Source: a virus (Duplodnaviria; Caudoviricetes). Taken from it: a stretch of DNA of 53,502 nucleotides. Numbering within the stretch: the first letter of the stretch is position 1; every line of letters starts with the position of its first letter. The DNA lies in the IMG/VR virus record IMGVR_UViG_3300018432_000016, positions 1-53,502 of that record; one strand, 5' to 3'. The translations under genes were made by a program, and so were the position numbers. The notes under the pieces were generated by a model. The model did not search any database and was not told the origin of the DNA. It saw nothing but the letters and a program-made list of their open reading frames with translations. Positions 18,251 to 27,686 of the stretch are shown here, one piece after another.

Positions 18251-18870
18251 CGCTTGACCGCATCCCCGGTGATCCACTCCGACAGTTCGGTGAGGGCGGC
18301 GAGCTGGACGCGGTGCCGGGGCGAGTTCATGACGAACTCGAACCGGCGGCGGGAGGAGCCGTCGTCGAACACGTCGAACTCGCCGATCGCCTGCCGCAGC
18401 TCGGTCGCGGTGAGCAACGTCCCGTCGTGCCACTCGTAGCGGGGCTCGGCGTCCTCGGGGGGCTCGGGTGCGACCTCGCCCTGCTCCTCGTCCTCGCTCG
18501 GCATCCACTCGACCGGCTCGCCGTCGGAATCCTCGACGAACAGGACGACCTCGCCGTCGTCGTCGGTGACAGGTCCGTCGGGGAACCTCCAGTCCGCCGA
18601 TACCCCGTCGTCGTCGCGGAGGCTCGTCCGCAGGAGGACGGCGGTCGCGTTCGCCTGCTGGACCTCGGTGCGGGCGTTCATCATGCCGAGGATGGCGCCG
18701 GCGTCGGCGTCGAAGTAAGCATCGAACTCCTCGACGAACCGGTCGGAGTCGGTCTCAACCTCGATCCCGAACCGGCGGAATCGGCGGTCGGCGAGCGCGG
18801 CCGGGCGTTGCCCGAACACGGGGAGACCGGGAGGGGCCTCGGGGGACGCGGGGGTGTCGGTGTCTGCCAC
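18172..18870 (-). CDS. Tail assembly chaperone (G)
   Basis: Acidic protein ending KRPTRKPTSS...; CGC CCT ACC candidate slip site at 18244-18252. Confidence 0.75.
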   Translation of the reverse strand: MADTDTPASPEAPPGLPVFGQRPAALADRRFRRFGIEVETDSDRFVEEFDAYFDADAGAILGMMNARTEVQQANATAVLLRTSLRDDDGVSADWRFPDGPVTDDDGEVVLFVEDSDGEPVEWMPSEDEEQGEVAPEPPEDAEPRYEWHDGTLLTATELRQAIGEFDVFDDGSSRRRFEFVMNSPRHRVQLAALTELSEWITGDAVKRPTRKPTSSRRGQSRTGRTSKGSSRR

Positions 18871-18931
18871 ACCGGGGAGGTTAGTACCCCCCCGGTGATG
18901 AGTTGCGGCGACCGCTCGGTTCCGAGCGGTT

Positions 18932-19009
18932 CACCCGTTCGGGGGACGCGACACGACACGCGGCGCGGCGGTACTTGCCCCTCCCTCAATACCCGTGTAC
19001 AAATCTCTT
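18932..19009 (+). promoter_or_regulatory. Class-1 leaderless promoter cassette, copy A
   Basis: CACCCGTTCGGG..GACACGACACG..GTACTTGCCCC..TACCCGTG-TACAAA-N6-ATG. Confidence 0.75.
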
Positions 19010-19213
19010 ATGCGCATCGCGACCCCCACCGCCCGCCGTTCCCTGACCCACGCCCTCCAGCCCGCCGGCACCCGCGCCGCATGCGGCCGGAACCTTCCGA
19101 CCGCTACCGTCCGGGAGACCGACGGCACCCGCGCCGACCTCTGCCTCTATGTCACCTGCGGTGCCTGCCGCGACCGCCTCAACCTCGACACGACGGGTAA
19201 GGGTCAGCGGTAA
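19010..19213 (+). CDS. Small Zn-finger-like protein (H...CG...VTCxxC)
   Basis: THAL...ACGR...VTCGACR; same pattern as 44506-44754. Confidence 0.7.
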   Translation: MRIATPTARRSLTHALQPAGTRAACGRNLPTATVRETDGTRADLCLYVTCGACRDRLNLDTTGKGQR

Positions 19214-19344
19214 CCGAACCCGCCCGGCCGCTCCGGGCGTAACAAATCGAGCGGGGGGACTGGCCGCCCCCGAGACTAGCGGCCCTCACTCTTACGGGGG
19301 GGCATAGTGCCCCCCGGGTAAAGTTCCCACGCCTAGGAGCCGAT

Positions 19345-19641
19345 GTGTCATTCATGAGCAACCGCCCCCGTATCACTGCCGCCGCGATCCGCGACGCCGC
19401 GACCCGCCTCGCCGGGACGGTCGTCCTCGACCTCGCCGACCTGTCCGTCGGGCCGGCCCTGTACCTGCCCCGCCTGGAGGCGTTCGCGTCGATCGACGGC
19501 GAGGACCTCGGCGTCGACGACGGGACCCTCGTCGTCCTCGTGTTCCCCGGCGAGGCGCGGGACCTGATCGAGGAGCACGGCACGCCCGGCCGGGCGGCCG
19601 AGGTCCGTACCCGCGAGCTTCGCGCGGCCGGTGTGCTGTGA
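19345..19641 (+). CDS. Hypothetical protein
   Basis: CCCACGCCT-AGGAG upstream of GTG. Confidence 0.7.
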   Translation: MSFMSNRPRITAAAIRDAATRLAGTVVLDLADLSVGPALYLPRLEAFASIDGEDLGVDDGTLVVLVFPGEARDLIEEHGTPGRAAEVRTRELRAAGVL

Positions 19642-20342
19642 GCGTCCTCGCCGAGGTCGTGGACCTCGCCGCCGTCCGGGGCGCGCACGCCCGCGCCATC
19701 CCCGTCGAGCAGTACGTCGCCCCCCTCACGCTCGACGAGATTGACGCCGAGGTCGAGGCGATCCGCGCCGAACTCGTCCGCCCGTTGCAGCGCCTCGCCC
19801 GGTTGCGGGCGGCCGGCGCGCATCTCACGGCCGGATTCTCGACGTGGCATGAGGCGGTCGAGGCGTGGCTCGGGGACCTCCAGTCGCTCCGCCTCCAGGG
19901 CTCCCCGGAGGCGGTCGCCGAACGTGAGGCGCTCGTGTGGTCGATCCGGGAGACCGGGGCGGCGACGCGGGCGATCCGGGAGCGGCTCGGCGTGTCCGCG
20001 TACGCGGTGAACGAGGCGCTGCGGAAGCTCGACCCGGCGCCGGAGCGAGTGGAGGGCGCCGACGGCCGGTCCCGGTCGTCGAGGACGGGCCGGCAGCAGC
20101 CGGTCGAGGTGCTGCCGGCGCCGACGGGCCGCGTGTGGCAGGTGGCGGCGGAGTGGCTGCGTCGCCACCCGGGCGGGTTGACGCTCGTGGAGTTGGCGCG
20201 GGTAGCGGGCTGGACGGAGGGCAAGGCGTCCGGCGCCCTGTCCGACCTTGTGCGGGTGCGCGGGTTGGCGGTCCGCACGGAGGAGCGGCGGGACGGGCAG
20301 CGTGTCCACGTTCACGCGGTCGCCGGGGAGGTGACGGCGTGA
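19638..20342 (+). CDS. Dual HTH / winged-helix DNA-binding protein
   Basis: GAATRAIRERLGVSAYAVNEAL, VEGADGR, GLTLVELARVAGWTEGKASGALSDL. Confidence 0.75.
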   Translation: MSVLAEVVDLAAVRGAHARAIPVEQYVAPLTLDEIDAEVEAIRAELVRPLQRLARLRAAGAHLTAGFSTWHEAVEAWLGDLQSLRLQGSPEAVAEREALVWSIRETGAATRAIRERLGVSAYAVNEALRKLDPAPERVEGADGRSRSSRTGRQQPVEVLPAPTGRVWQVAAEWLRRHPGGLTLVELARVAGWTEGKASGALSDLVRVRGLAVRTEERRDGQRVHVHAVAGEVTA

Positions 20343-20539
20343 CCGTGGAGCAGCCCCGGGACGCCCTCGGGCAGTTCGCGTCGCGGGAGTGCCCGACGAC
20401 GTACCGGCTCCTCGCCTCCGTGCGGCCCGTGGACGAGCCCCGGGCGCGTCCGGGCGGCGGGTGGTCGGTGGAGGCGCCGAGGTGCCCTCACGGGCATTTC
20501 GCGCGGTGGGCGGCGGTGAACTGCCGGCCGTGCCGTTAG
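20339..20539 (+). CDS. Small Cys/His protein
   Basis: GTGA overlap; QPRDALGQF...CPHGH...CRPC. Confidence 0.55.
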   Translation: MTVEQPRDALGQFASRECPTTYRLLASVRPVDEPRARPGGGWSVEAPRCPHGHFARWAAVNCRPCR

Positions 20540-20696
20540 GGTCGTCGGCGGCGAGCCGGACGCGGCCGGGGGTGGCCCACTACTGCCCGAACGATGCGAC
20601 CGGGGGACCGCGCCCGATGCGGCCGAGGACCCGAGCCCGGGAGGAAGGGGCTCGGGTCCTCGCGCGTCACCGGTCGATCACCTACAGTGACGCCCT

Positions 20697-20894
20697 ATGT
20701 CCTCGCGTCCCCCGCTGCCCGAGACCGTCCTCGTCCCCCGCATCGAAATGCCCCCGACAGCCCGTCCAGACGCCCGGAGGCGGCCTCGCGGCCCGTGGTG
20801 GCTACCCACGGCGGGGGAGGCGGCGGTCGGGCTGTTGTACGTCGCGTGCGGGTTCGTGATGGTGCTCGTGTTCGTGGCGATGCTCGGCAACTAG
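20697..20894 (+). CDS. Small membrane protein
   Basis: C-terminal hydrophobic helix; TACAGT 8 nt before ATG. Confidence 0.5.
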   Translation: MSSRPPLPETVLVPRIEMPPTARPDARRRPRGPWWLPTAGEAAVGLLYVACGFVMVLVFVAMLGN

Positions 20895-21232
20895 CGGCCG
20901 GCTAGGCGGAGGTTGTCGGTCAGGAACGGGTTACCGCGCCACGTCGGCGTGCCGTCATGGTGGAACAGGGCGTACCGGACGCCCTCCGTCACAACGTCCA
21001 CGTACGGCCCGCGAGCGTCCACGCCGGGCCGTTTTACAATACTGCGCTCCAGGCGGCGGGTTTTCTTGCCGACCTGCCGGCGGGCGCCGGCCTGCACGTT
21101 GCCGGCCCGTCGGGTCAGGTCGGCGACGACCGGCCCCCCGCCGGAGCGCACGTACTTACGGAGGGCGTCGGGGTCGACGACGGCGTACGTGTCGGCGGAT
21201 ACCCGCACGCCGACACCACTTTTGCGGGCCAC
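20891..21232 (-). CDS. Neck/tail completion protein (HK97 gp10-like)
   Basis: TRRLERSI...YALFHHDGT...NPFLTDNL. Confidence 0.75.
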   Translation of the reverse strand: MARKSGVGVRVSADTYAVVDPDALRKYVRSGGGPVVADLTRRAGNVQAGARRQVGKKTRRLERSIVKRPGVDARGPYVDVVTEGVRYALFHHDGTPTWRGNPFLTDNLRLAGR

Positions 21233-21245
21233 GAGGGGGCTCCTG

Positions 21246-21818
21246 TCACATGAGGGGGACGACGACGCCGACGGCGACGCCGGCCACGTTCCCCGACGGC
21301 CCGAGGGTGACCGCGTCCGCGAGGTCGACCCGCGCCTCCCCCACGTTCTCGCGGGTCAGATACCCGCCGGTGGCGGCCTCGGCGACGGCGCGGGTCAGGT
21401 GGTCGAGGTCGAGCCCGATCGCGTACCCGTGCCGGTCCAGGTCGTCGCGGGAGGGCAGGGTGCGGAGCTGCCCGAGCCCCGGCGCGGGGCGGACGACCTG
21501 TACCTCCAGGATGACGGAGCGGATCTTCTGGCCCCGGTTGACGCCGTTCGTGCGCGGAACCCGCACGGGCGGGGACGGTGCGGCCGGGTCGAGGGCGCGG
21601 ATGGTGCGTTCGTAGGCGACGTGCACCTGCCCGGCGTCCACGTCCCATGCGATGACGCGCGGCTCCCCACCGGCCACGAACCGGCGGGCCGGCAGGGGAA
21701 CGGGCGCGTCGAGGTCATCGGGGTCGGCGTGCTCGGCGTAGTAGGCGGCGACCCGGTCGAGCAGGGCACGCGCGACGGCGGCAGGCGTCGGCGGCCCGTG
21801 CCCGACCGGGAGCGCCAC
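21246..21818 (-). CDS. Tail terminator-like structural protein
   Basis: ALLDRVAAYY...LPARRFV...IAWD...GPSGNVAG; position in head-tail block. Confidence 0.65.
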   Translation of the reverse strand: MALPVGHGPPTPAAVARALLDRVAAYYAEHADPDDLDAPVPLPARRFVAGGEPRVIAWDVDAGQVHVAYERTIRALDPAAPSPPVRVPRTNGVNRGQKIRSVILEVQVVRPAPGLGQLRTLPSRDDLDRHGYAIGLDLDHLTRAVAEAATGGYLTRENVGEARVDLADAVTLGPSGNVAGVAVGVVVPLM

Positions 21819-21820
21819 GG

Positions 21821-22012
21821 TCAGGACTCCGAGGAGCCCGAGGACTGCTGCTCGTCGACCTGCCGGACGGCGGTGGAGGAGCGGAACAGTGCGACGGCCC
21901 CGTCCTTCGTGGTGCCACCCTCGGTGGGGTTGTCGCCGGAGGTGGGGCCGGTGAGGTAGTCGGCGGGGTCGCTGGACAGTTCGGTCCGGTTCGGTTCGGT
22001 GGGCATCGTCAC
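21821..22012 (-). CDS. Small hypothetical protein
   Basis: 63 aa ORF filling the gap, overlapping the upstream stop. Confidence 0.45.
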   Translation of the reverse strand: MTMPTEPNRTELSSDPADYLTGPTSGDNPTEGGTTKDGAVALFRSSTAVRQVDEQQSSGSSES

Positions 22013-22608
22013 TCCTGGGTCGTGGTCGTGGTGTCACCGGCGCCGGCGGCGTCGGTGGTCTGCGCGCCCTCAGCGCCGATCTCGACGGTGCCGGCGGGGG
22101 GCGTGAACGCGGCGGGGGCGCCCTCGGGGGACCCGTCCGTCGCCGTCGCGGTGGGGGCGGTGGGGAGCTGCCGGTCGGCGACCGCCGCGACCGGGGCGGC
22201 CGGCGGGGTCTCCTCGGGCTGCTCCCCGTAGGCGTCGAGGAGGCGGCCGATCTTCTCGCCCTTGCGGCCGGCGATGGTGAGGTGCTGCTCCGGGTGGTCG
22301 TCGTTCCACTCGCGGAGCAGGTCGTCGAGTTCGTCGACGGTAAGCGCGTTCAGCTCGTCGTACGTGGTGGCCTTGCCGGCGGCGGGCCGTTCGGCGTCGA
22401 CGGAGCCCTCGGCGAACCGCTCGCGGATCACGTCGTCGGAGTTGGCGGACACGAACCGGCCGAACTCTGTCCGGCCGGCCGCGTCGGCGGAGTTGTACTC
22501 GTCGGCGAGGCGGTCGACGGTGTCCTCGTCGAGCCCGGTGCGGGTGAGGCGTTCGCGGGGGAACGCGGGTGTCCGGGCGGCGGGGAACGGTGCGTACGGG
22601 TCGGTCAC
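22009..22608 (-). CDS. Hypothetical protein with HeH/SAP-like domain
   Basis: LNALTVDELDDLLRE...LTIAGRKGEKIGRL. Confidence 0.6.
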   Translation of the reverse strand: MTDPYAPFPAARTPAFPRERLTRTGLDEDTVDRLADEYNSADAAGRTEFGRFVSANSDDVIRERFAEGSVDAERPAAGKATTYDELNALTVDELDDLLREWNDDHPEQHLTIAGRKGEKIGRLLDAYGEQPEETPPAAPVAAVADRQLPTAPTATATDGSPEGAPAAFTPPAGTVEIGAEGAQTTDAAGAGDTTTTTQE

Positions 22609-23294
22609 GGGACCTCCTCGGTCGGGAGCGGGTAGTACTTGGCGTCGGTGTCAGGAGACCACGACGAGGAGGGCCGGCGGGATCCGAACGGGTTGGTCGA
22701 GGCGATCCACAGGTCCACGGGTGCGAGGCCGGTGTGCCCGGCGGCGATGAGCGTCGACGCGGCCTGCTGCGTGAACGTGACGCCCTGCCGGACGATCTGC
22801 GTCACCGTGCCCGGCAGGGTGGACGTGTCGGGGTCGAGGCGGGCTCGGGCGAGGGCGTCGGCGAGGTGTGCGGCGTGCAGCCGGCCGGCGTCGCCCGCGT
22901 CCCGCCCGAACCGGTACCGCAGGCGGAGGGGGCTGGACGCGGTCGGCAGGCGGGCGGCGGTGCCGGGCGCGGCCTCCAGGTACCCGCCCCGGGCGATGCG
23001 GTAGTCGGCCGGGTCGAGCGGGTCACCGGCGGCGGTGCGGACGGCGAGCAGCTCGGCGACGGGCCGGTTCGGGAGGCGGACGGCGCGCGGCCCCCGGCAC
23101 GGGTCGCCCCCGCAGGAGGGGGCCGCGTATAGCTCGACGGCCCGCTCGCGGAGCCCCGCGTACCGGCGGCCGGTGAGCGCATACAGGACTCCGGTCGCGG
23201 CGTCGAGGTAGGTCTGCCACTCGTCGTCGCCGCCGGGGAGGGTGGGGCGGTCGGCGGGCAGGTCGTCGACGGCCGCCCACGCTGCGAGGGCCAC
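22605..23294 (-). CDS. Head-to-tail adaptor
   Basis: AATGVLYALTGRRY...LPGTVTQIVRQGVTF...TGLAPVDLWIASTNP, cluster-B-like adaptor motifs. Confidence 0.85.
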   Translation of the reverse strand: MALAAWAAVDDLPADRPTLPGGDDEWQTYLDAATGVLYALTGRRYAGLRERAVELYAAPSCGGDPCRGPRAVRLPNRPVAELLAVRTAAGDPLDPADYRIARGGYLEAAPGTAARLPTASSPLRLRYRFGRDAGDAGRLHAAHLADALARARLDPDTSTLPGTVTQIVRQGVTFTQQAASTLIAAGHTGLAPVDLWIASTNPFGSRRPSSSWSPDTDAKYYPLPTEEVP

Positions 23295-23297
23295 CGG

Positions 23298-23957
23298 TTA
23301 CGGCGCCGGGACAGCGACGAGCCCGTTCGTGGAGAGGTCGGGCATGGTGGCGACCCGGATCCACTGGAACACGCGGGACGACTCATACTCCCAATCGTCG
23401 AACGCGCCGGTCCCGTAGTTGGGGTTCTGCTGCCCGGTGCCCTCATAGGACACGGCGACCGGGTCGCCGCCGATCGAACGGGTTCCGGTCTCCCGCAGCT
23501 TTTCGCGGGGCAGCAGCCACCGGACGTAGGGGAACGCGTCGTCGACGCCGTCGTCGTGGACGGCGGAGGACCACAATTCGATGGCGACCCCGTTCCCGGA
23601 GACGACGGAGCCGACCTCGGGGGCGGCGTAGCCGAGGGCGTCCCCGTCGGCGTCGACGAGGACCGTCCCTGAGTTGAGGAACTCTTCTAGTTCCGGGTCG
23701 GGGTAGCACAGCTCTAGGGCGTCGATGGTGAGCCCCCGCACGGTGTCGGGCGCCTTGTAGTACAGGCACGCGCGGCCGGCGCCGTTGAGTCGCTCCTTCT
23801 CCTCGCCTTCCCTGTAATTCATCGTGAAATCAAGCTTGACGAGGTTGTCGGTGACGTACGCGTTGTCGGCGCCGACGAGGGCGGCGCCGGTCGGCCCGAG
23901 GCGGACGACGCGCATTCCGAGGGCGAACACGGAGCCGGTCTTTGTGCGGGTTGCCAC
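23298..23957 (-). CDS. Major tail protein
   Basis: MRVVRLG...GEEKERLNGAGRAC...ELCYPDPEL...GVAIELWS. Confidence 0.85.
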   Translation of the reverse strand: MATRTKTGSVFALGMRVVRLGPTGAALVGADNAYVTDNLVKLDFTMNYREGEEKERLNGAGRACLYYKAPDTVRGLTIDALELCYPDPELEEFLNSGTVLVDADGDALGYAAPEVGSVVSGNGVAIELWSSAVHDDGVDDAFPYVRWLLPREKLRETGTRSIGGDPVAVSYEGTGQQNPNYGTGAFDDWEYESSRVFQWIRVATMPDLSTNGLVAVPAP

Positions 23958-23974
23958 GGTGGGAACTCCTCGGG

Positions 23975-24808
23975 TCAGGCGGTGAGGTCGACGGGGATGG
24001 CGAAGTGCGCGGAGCGGTCGAAGGTGGCGGCGACGACCTTCGTCCCGCGTAGGTTGAGCGTGTTCGTGCGGGTGTCGACGGCGCCCTGTCCGACGCCGAC
24101 CCGGTCCAGAGGGGAACGGCGGACGACGACGGGTCCGGTGGCGTACAGCCATCCGACGCCGGCGGCGGCGTCCTCCCCGTCGGGTGGGGTGCCCGGGTAT
24201 CCGGCGTCGGCGACGACGAGGTTCCCGACACGGGTCGTGAGCAGATTCCCGTCGCGGGTCAGGTCGGGGAGGAACGGCTCCAGGGTGCGGGAGGCGTGGA
24301 GGTACACCTGCTGCCCGTGCAGGGCTTCCCCGGCGGCCTGCTGGAGCAGCCCGAGCGCCAGTTTCGGTGCGGCCGGCGTGCCGGCGTTGAGGATGGTCGG
24401 GCCGTCGACGAGGGACAGGTTCGCGGCGTCCACGTCGCCGGCGTCGTAGGCGGCGCGGGTCAGGTCCCCGTTCCACAATTCACGGGCGATGGCGTAGGAC
24501 TCGACGGCCTCGACGGCCCGGTCGAGTTCGGCGGCGAGCTGGACCTCGTCGAGCCCGAACGTGGAGTGACACGGGTGGACGATCTGGAGGTCCCACGGCC
24601 GGTAGGTGACGACCGGCGTCGGGCCGTCGGCGCCGAGGTCCTCGTACTCCTCGTCGGTGCAGGCGGCGAACGCCCGGTACCCGCCCGGCGATTCGGGTGC
24701 GTACGTGAGACCCCGCTCCCACCCGGGCTCGTCGAGGGTGGTCACGGCGGCGCGGATCAGGGAGTGGACGGGGATGGTCGCCCTCGGGGCGGCGACGACG
24801 GTCAGCAC
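23975..24808 (-). CDS. Major capsid pentamer protein
   Basis: Follows main capsid gene; WERGLTY, ESYAIARELW, TRVGNLVVADAGY, WLYATGPVVVRR. Confidence 0.75.
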   Translation of the reverse strand: MLTVVAAPRATIPVHSLIRAAVTTLDEPGWERGLTYAPESPGGYRAFAACTDEEYEDLGADGPTPVVTYRPWDLQIVHPCHSTFGLDEVQLAAELDRAVEAVESYAIARELWNGDLTRAAYDAGDVDAANLSLVDGPTILNAGTPAAPKLALGLLQQAAGEALHGQQVYLHASRTLEPFLPDLTRDGNLLTTRVGNLVVADAGYPGTPPDGEDAAAGVGWLYATGPVVVRRSPLDRVGVGQGAVDTRTNTLNLRGTKVVAATFDRSAHFAIPVDLTA

Positions 24809-24842
24809 AGCGGCTCCTCGCGGTCAGGGTGGGGACCGGTCA

Positions 24843-24877
24843 CCCCTCCCCGCCCGGGTCGGTCGGGCGGGGAGGGG
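24843..24877 (-). terminator. Hairpin after major capsid gene
   Basis: CCCCTCCCCGCCCG...CGGGCGGGGAGGGG, 14-bp stem. Confidence 0.65.
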
Positions 24878-24885
24878 GGATCAGG

Positions 24886-26844
24886 TCAGGCGGCGAGGAG
24901 TGCGGCGGTGTCGCGGGTGCCGGACACCATGCCGAGCGGCCGGGTCGTGATGACGCCCCGGATGGCCTCGACGCCCCGGTGTGCCACGCCCTCCCACGAC
25001 TCGGAGAACGTCTTGTACTCGTTGCGCTGGTTCAGCGTGGAGTCGCGGACGACGCCGAGGTCGAGGGTTCCGCCGTCGAGGTGCAGCATGTCGCCCTCGA
25101 CCCACAGGTTGGCCTCGATCTTGGCGGGGAACGCGGCCACGGCGCCGGCGGGGGTGAACGCCCCGTACGCCTGCGCGGGGATACCGCCGGTGGGGATGAC
25201 GCCGGCGGCGGCGGCGCGGGCCGGCAGCCCGTCCAGGTGCCATGTGATGTTGACGCCCCGGCGCTGGAACCACCCGTTGATGGTGGCGTCGGCGACGTTG
25301 AGCGCCTCCAGCTCCCCGGCCATGCCCCGCGTGAGGTCGGCGCGGAGCAGGTCGCGGACCCACTGCGGCAGCACCATGCGGAGGGCGACGGCGTCGTCGA
25401 GGCGGTAGAACGACCGGTACTGCGCGAGCAGGTGGTCGAGGAATGTCAGCAGGTCGCGGGTCGCCCCGAGGACCTCCCCGCCGGTGACGGTGGTCGACAG
25501 TGCGCCGAGCTGCGCGAGCAGCCGGTTCTCGGCGATGCGGGCGTGCGCGATCTGCGCGGCGGTGATGTTGGCGGCGGTGCCTTCCGGGTCGAACCGGGCG
25601 GAGGCGTTGCGGAACAGCAGGCACAAGGTGATGGCCTCGACGTACGCCTCGACCTCGCCGGGGCACAGCACCTCTAGGCATGGCTTCGTCGGCCCGGAGT
25701 ACACGCCGTCGACGGTGTTCGCCGGGTCGCCGGCCTCCTCGTCGTCGGCGAGGGTCCAGAATCCGACGGCGCCGGCGAGGTCACCGAACGACAGGTGCTC
25801 GCGCCAGCGGACGCCGCCACGCTCGGCGCCGAAGTTCGCGAGCGCGTCCCGGATGGGCCGGGCGGTGGAGCCGAGGACGGGCACGTCGTACAGGGACTCG
25901 ATGGGTCCGCACAGCCCGCCGGCGGCGACGATGGCGCCGTTCGACGCGGCGTACTCGCCGGCGGCGCGGAGCGCGTCCCGGGAGGTGGCGGCGGCCACGA
26001 TGGGCGTGTTCCGGTCGACGGAGTTCTCGCGGAGCATGCGCTCCTCGGGGAACGAGGTCCGGATGGTGGCGACGGGGACGTGCTCCCCGTCGGCGCCGGT
26101 GCCGTGTCCTCGGCGGATCGAGTCGATGCGCAGACCGAACGCGTCGCCGAGCTGCCGGGCGGATTCGATCACCCCACCGGAGTCGAGGCCGACGGCCTGG
26201 AGTCCGGCGGCGGCGACGAGTGCGTTCGACGCGCGGGGCGCCGTGTAGGCGGGTGCCTGCCCGGTACGGGAGGCGGGGGCGGTGCCGGAGCCCATGCCGC
26301 CGGAGGCGCCGGGGCGGGGGAGGGTGGTCGCGCGGCGGCGGGTGCCGGAGGCGGCGACCGGTTCGGGCTGCTGCTGCTGCGCGGGCTCGGCGGGTTCCTC
26401 GTCGGTGTTGCTGTCGCCGGTGTTGTCGCCGTCCTCGTCGTTCTCCTCGTCCTCCGGGCCGTCGGCGGGCCGCTGGAGGCGCTGGAGGGCGGCGGAGGCG
26501 GCGTCGCGGCGGGCGGTCTCCTCCTCCTCGATCTGCTGGAGCCGGCCCTCGGCGACCTCGACGGCGTCGCCGAGGGAGGTGATCCGCTCGATCGTCTCGG
26601 AGGTGACGGTGGCAACGTCGATGCCCTCGGCCTCGGCGCGGGCGGCCTCGACGACGGCGTCGAGGGCCTCGGCGTCGAGGGTGCCGAGGTACTCCTCGAT
26701 CTGCTGCCGGGTGAGGGGCTCGGCGCCGTCGGGCACGTCGAGGAAGGCGAGTGGCGACTCGGGGGCGTCGGCGACGAGCGCCAGCAGCAGACCGGAGTCG
26801 CTCCAGCGGGCGCGGGCGTTCGGGCGGTTCGGGCGGTGTGACAC
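24886..26844 (-). CDS. Major capsid (hexamer) protein with N-terminal scaffold-like region
   Basis: Acidic/coiled-coil N-terminus; AAGGLCGP..LYD, RGGVRW, KPCLEVLCP, LDLGVVRDSTLNQRNEY..FSE. Confidence 0.9.
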   Translation of the reverse strand: MSHRPNRPNARARWSDSGLLLALVADAPESPLAFLDVPDGAEPLTRQQIEEYLGTLDAEALDAVVEAARAEAEGIDVATVTSETIERITSLGDAVEVAEGRLQQIEEEETARRDAASAALQRLQRPADGPEDEENDEDGDNTGDSNTDEEPAEPAQQQQPEPVAASGTRRRATTLPRPGASGGMGSGTAPASRTGQAPAYTAPRASNALVAAAGLQAVGLDSGGVIESARQLGDAFGLRIDSIRRGHGTGADGEHVPVATIRTSFPEERMLRENSVDRNTPIVAAATSRDALRAAGEYAASNGAIVAAGGLCGPIESLYDVPVLGSTARPIRDALANFGAERGGVRWREHLSFGDLAGAVGFWTLADDEEAGDPANTVDGVYSGPTKPCLEVLCPGEVEAYVEAITLCLLFRNASARFDPEGTAANITAAQIAHARIAENRLLAQLGALSTTVTGGEVLGATRDLLTFLDHLLAQYRSFYRLDDAVALRMVLPQWVRDLLRADLTRGMAGELEALNVADATINGWFQRRGVNITWHLDGLPARAAAAGVIPTGGIPAQAYGAFTPAGAVAAFPAKIEANLWVEGDMLHLDGGTLDLGVVRDSTLNQRNEYKTFSESWEGVAHRGVEAIRGVITTRPLGMVSGTRDTAALLAA

Positions 26845-26981
26845 GGGTTGCCCCCTCCAGGGGATCGCGGACAGGACGGACGGTGCGTCGTCTCTGCGAG
26901 CGGTACCCCTCGCGCCCTATGGGCGGGGGGCGGGGGAGCGGGCCACTAGGTAGCGCGACGCCCCCCTGCTCGTACGGACGG

Positions 26982-27026
26982 ACCGTAGAACAGGGGGGCG
27001 GGTGCGCGTGCGGAGTTGCGGCGGAT
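26982..27026 (-). promoter_or_regulatory. Putative late promoter ATCCGCCGCAACTCCGCACGC-N18-TACGGT
   Basis: Exact 21-bp copy at 39704-39724 with identical spacing to a TAnnnT box. Confidence 0.7.
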
Positions 27027-27220
27027 CAGCGGCGGGGCGGTCCCCACGAGCGGGCGTCGACGAGTTGCTCGCGGACTTTCCGGACCGCCCGGTCGAGGGC
27101 GGCGCGTTCGCGGCCGGTGCGCTCGCCGTGCCCCTCGGCGCGGTCGTCGAGGTTCTCTCGGCGCTCGGCGATCGCGGAGGCGAGGGCGTGCCACTCGTTC
27201 GCCGTGAGCGATGCGCTCAC
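27026..27220 (-). CDS. Hypothetical protein
   Basis: GTGA overlap; helical 64 aa. Confidence 0.55.
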   Translation of the reverse strand: MSASLTANEWHALASAIAERRENLDDRAEGHGERTGRERAALDRAVRKVREQLVDARSWGPPRR

Positions 27221-27471
27221 CGGTCGGCCCATGCGTCGGCGTCCTCGTCGAGGGCACGCTCGACCTCGCACGTCGAGCAGTCGCAGTCGTCCTCGCAGTC
27301 GTCGCCCTCGACCGCGCCGCACTCGTCACACCGGTCGGGGCCGGCGACGGCGGAGTCGTCGGGTGTCGCCCGGTGCGAGTGACTCGTGCCGGTCATGTGC
27401 CACCATCCGGTGCCCTCACAGCGCTTAATGGTGGCGGCGCACACGCCGCAGGTGGACAGGCGGGCGGTCAT
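27217..27471 (-). CDS. Cys-rich acidic small protein
   Basis: CGVC...WWH...H; CDEC...CEDDCDCSTC. Confidence 0.6.
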   Translation of the reverse strand: MTARLSTCGVCAATIKRCEGTGWWHMTGTSHSHRATPDDSAVAGPDRCDECGAVEGDDCEDDCDCSTCEVERALDEDADAWADR

Positions 27472-27683
27472 CAGTACCCCCGGAAGGCGTTGGGCGGGCG
27501 GTGGCTGCTCGGGCGCTTGACGACGGTCTCCCGGGCGAGGCGAAGCTCCTCGACGTAGTGCCCGTGGAGGGCGGCGGCGACGTGGTGCCGAACGTCGTCG
27601 CGGACGCGGGCCGGGTCGACGCCGTATTCGGCGGCCCACGCCTCCTCGTCAATATCGAGGGACAGGGTCAGGGCGACGCGCAT
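27471..27683 (-). CDS. Hypothetical protein
   Basis: 70 aa; LDIDEEAWAAEYGV...VRDDVR. Confidence 0.65.
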   Translation of the reverse strand: MRVALTLSLDIDEEAWAAEYGVDPARVRDDVRHHVAAALHGHYVEELRLARETVVKRPSSHRPPNAFRGY

Positions 27684-27686
27684 CAG

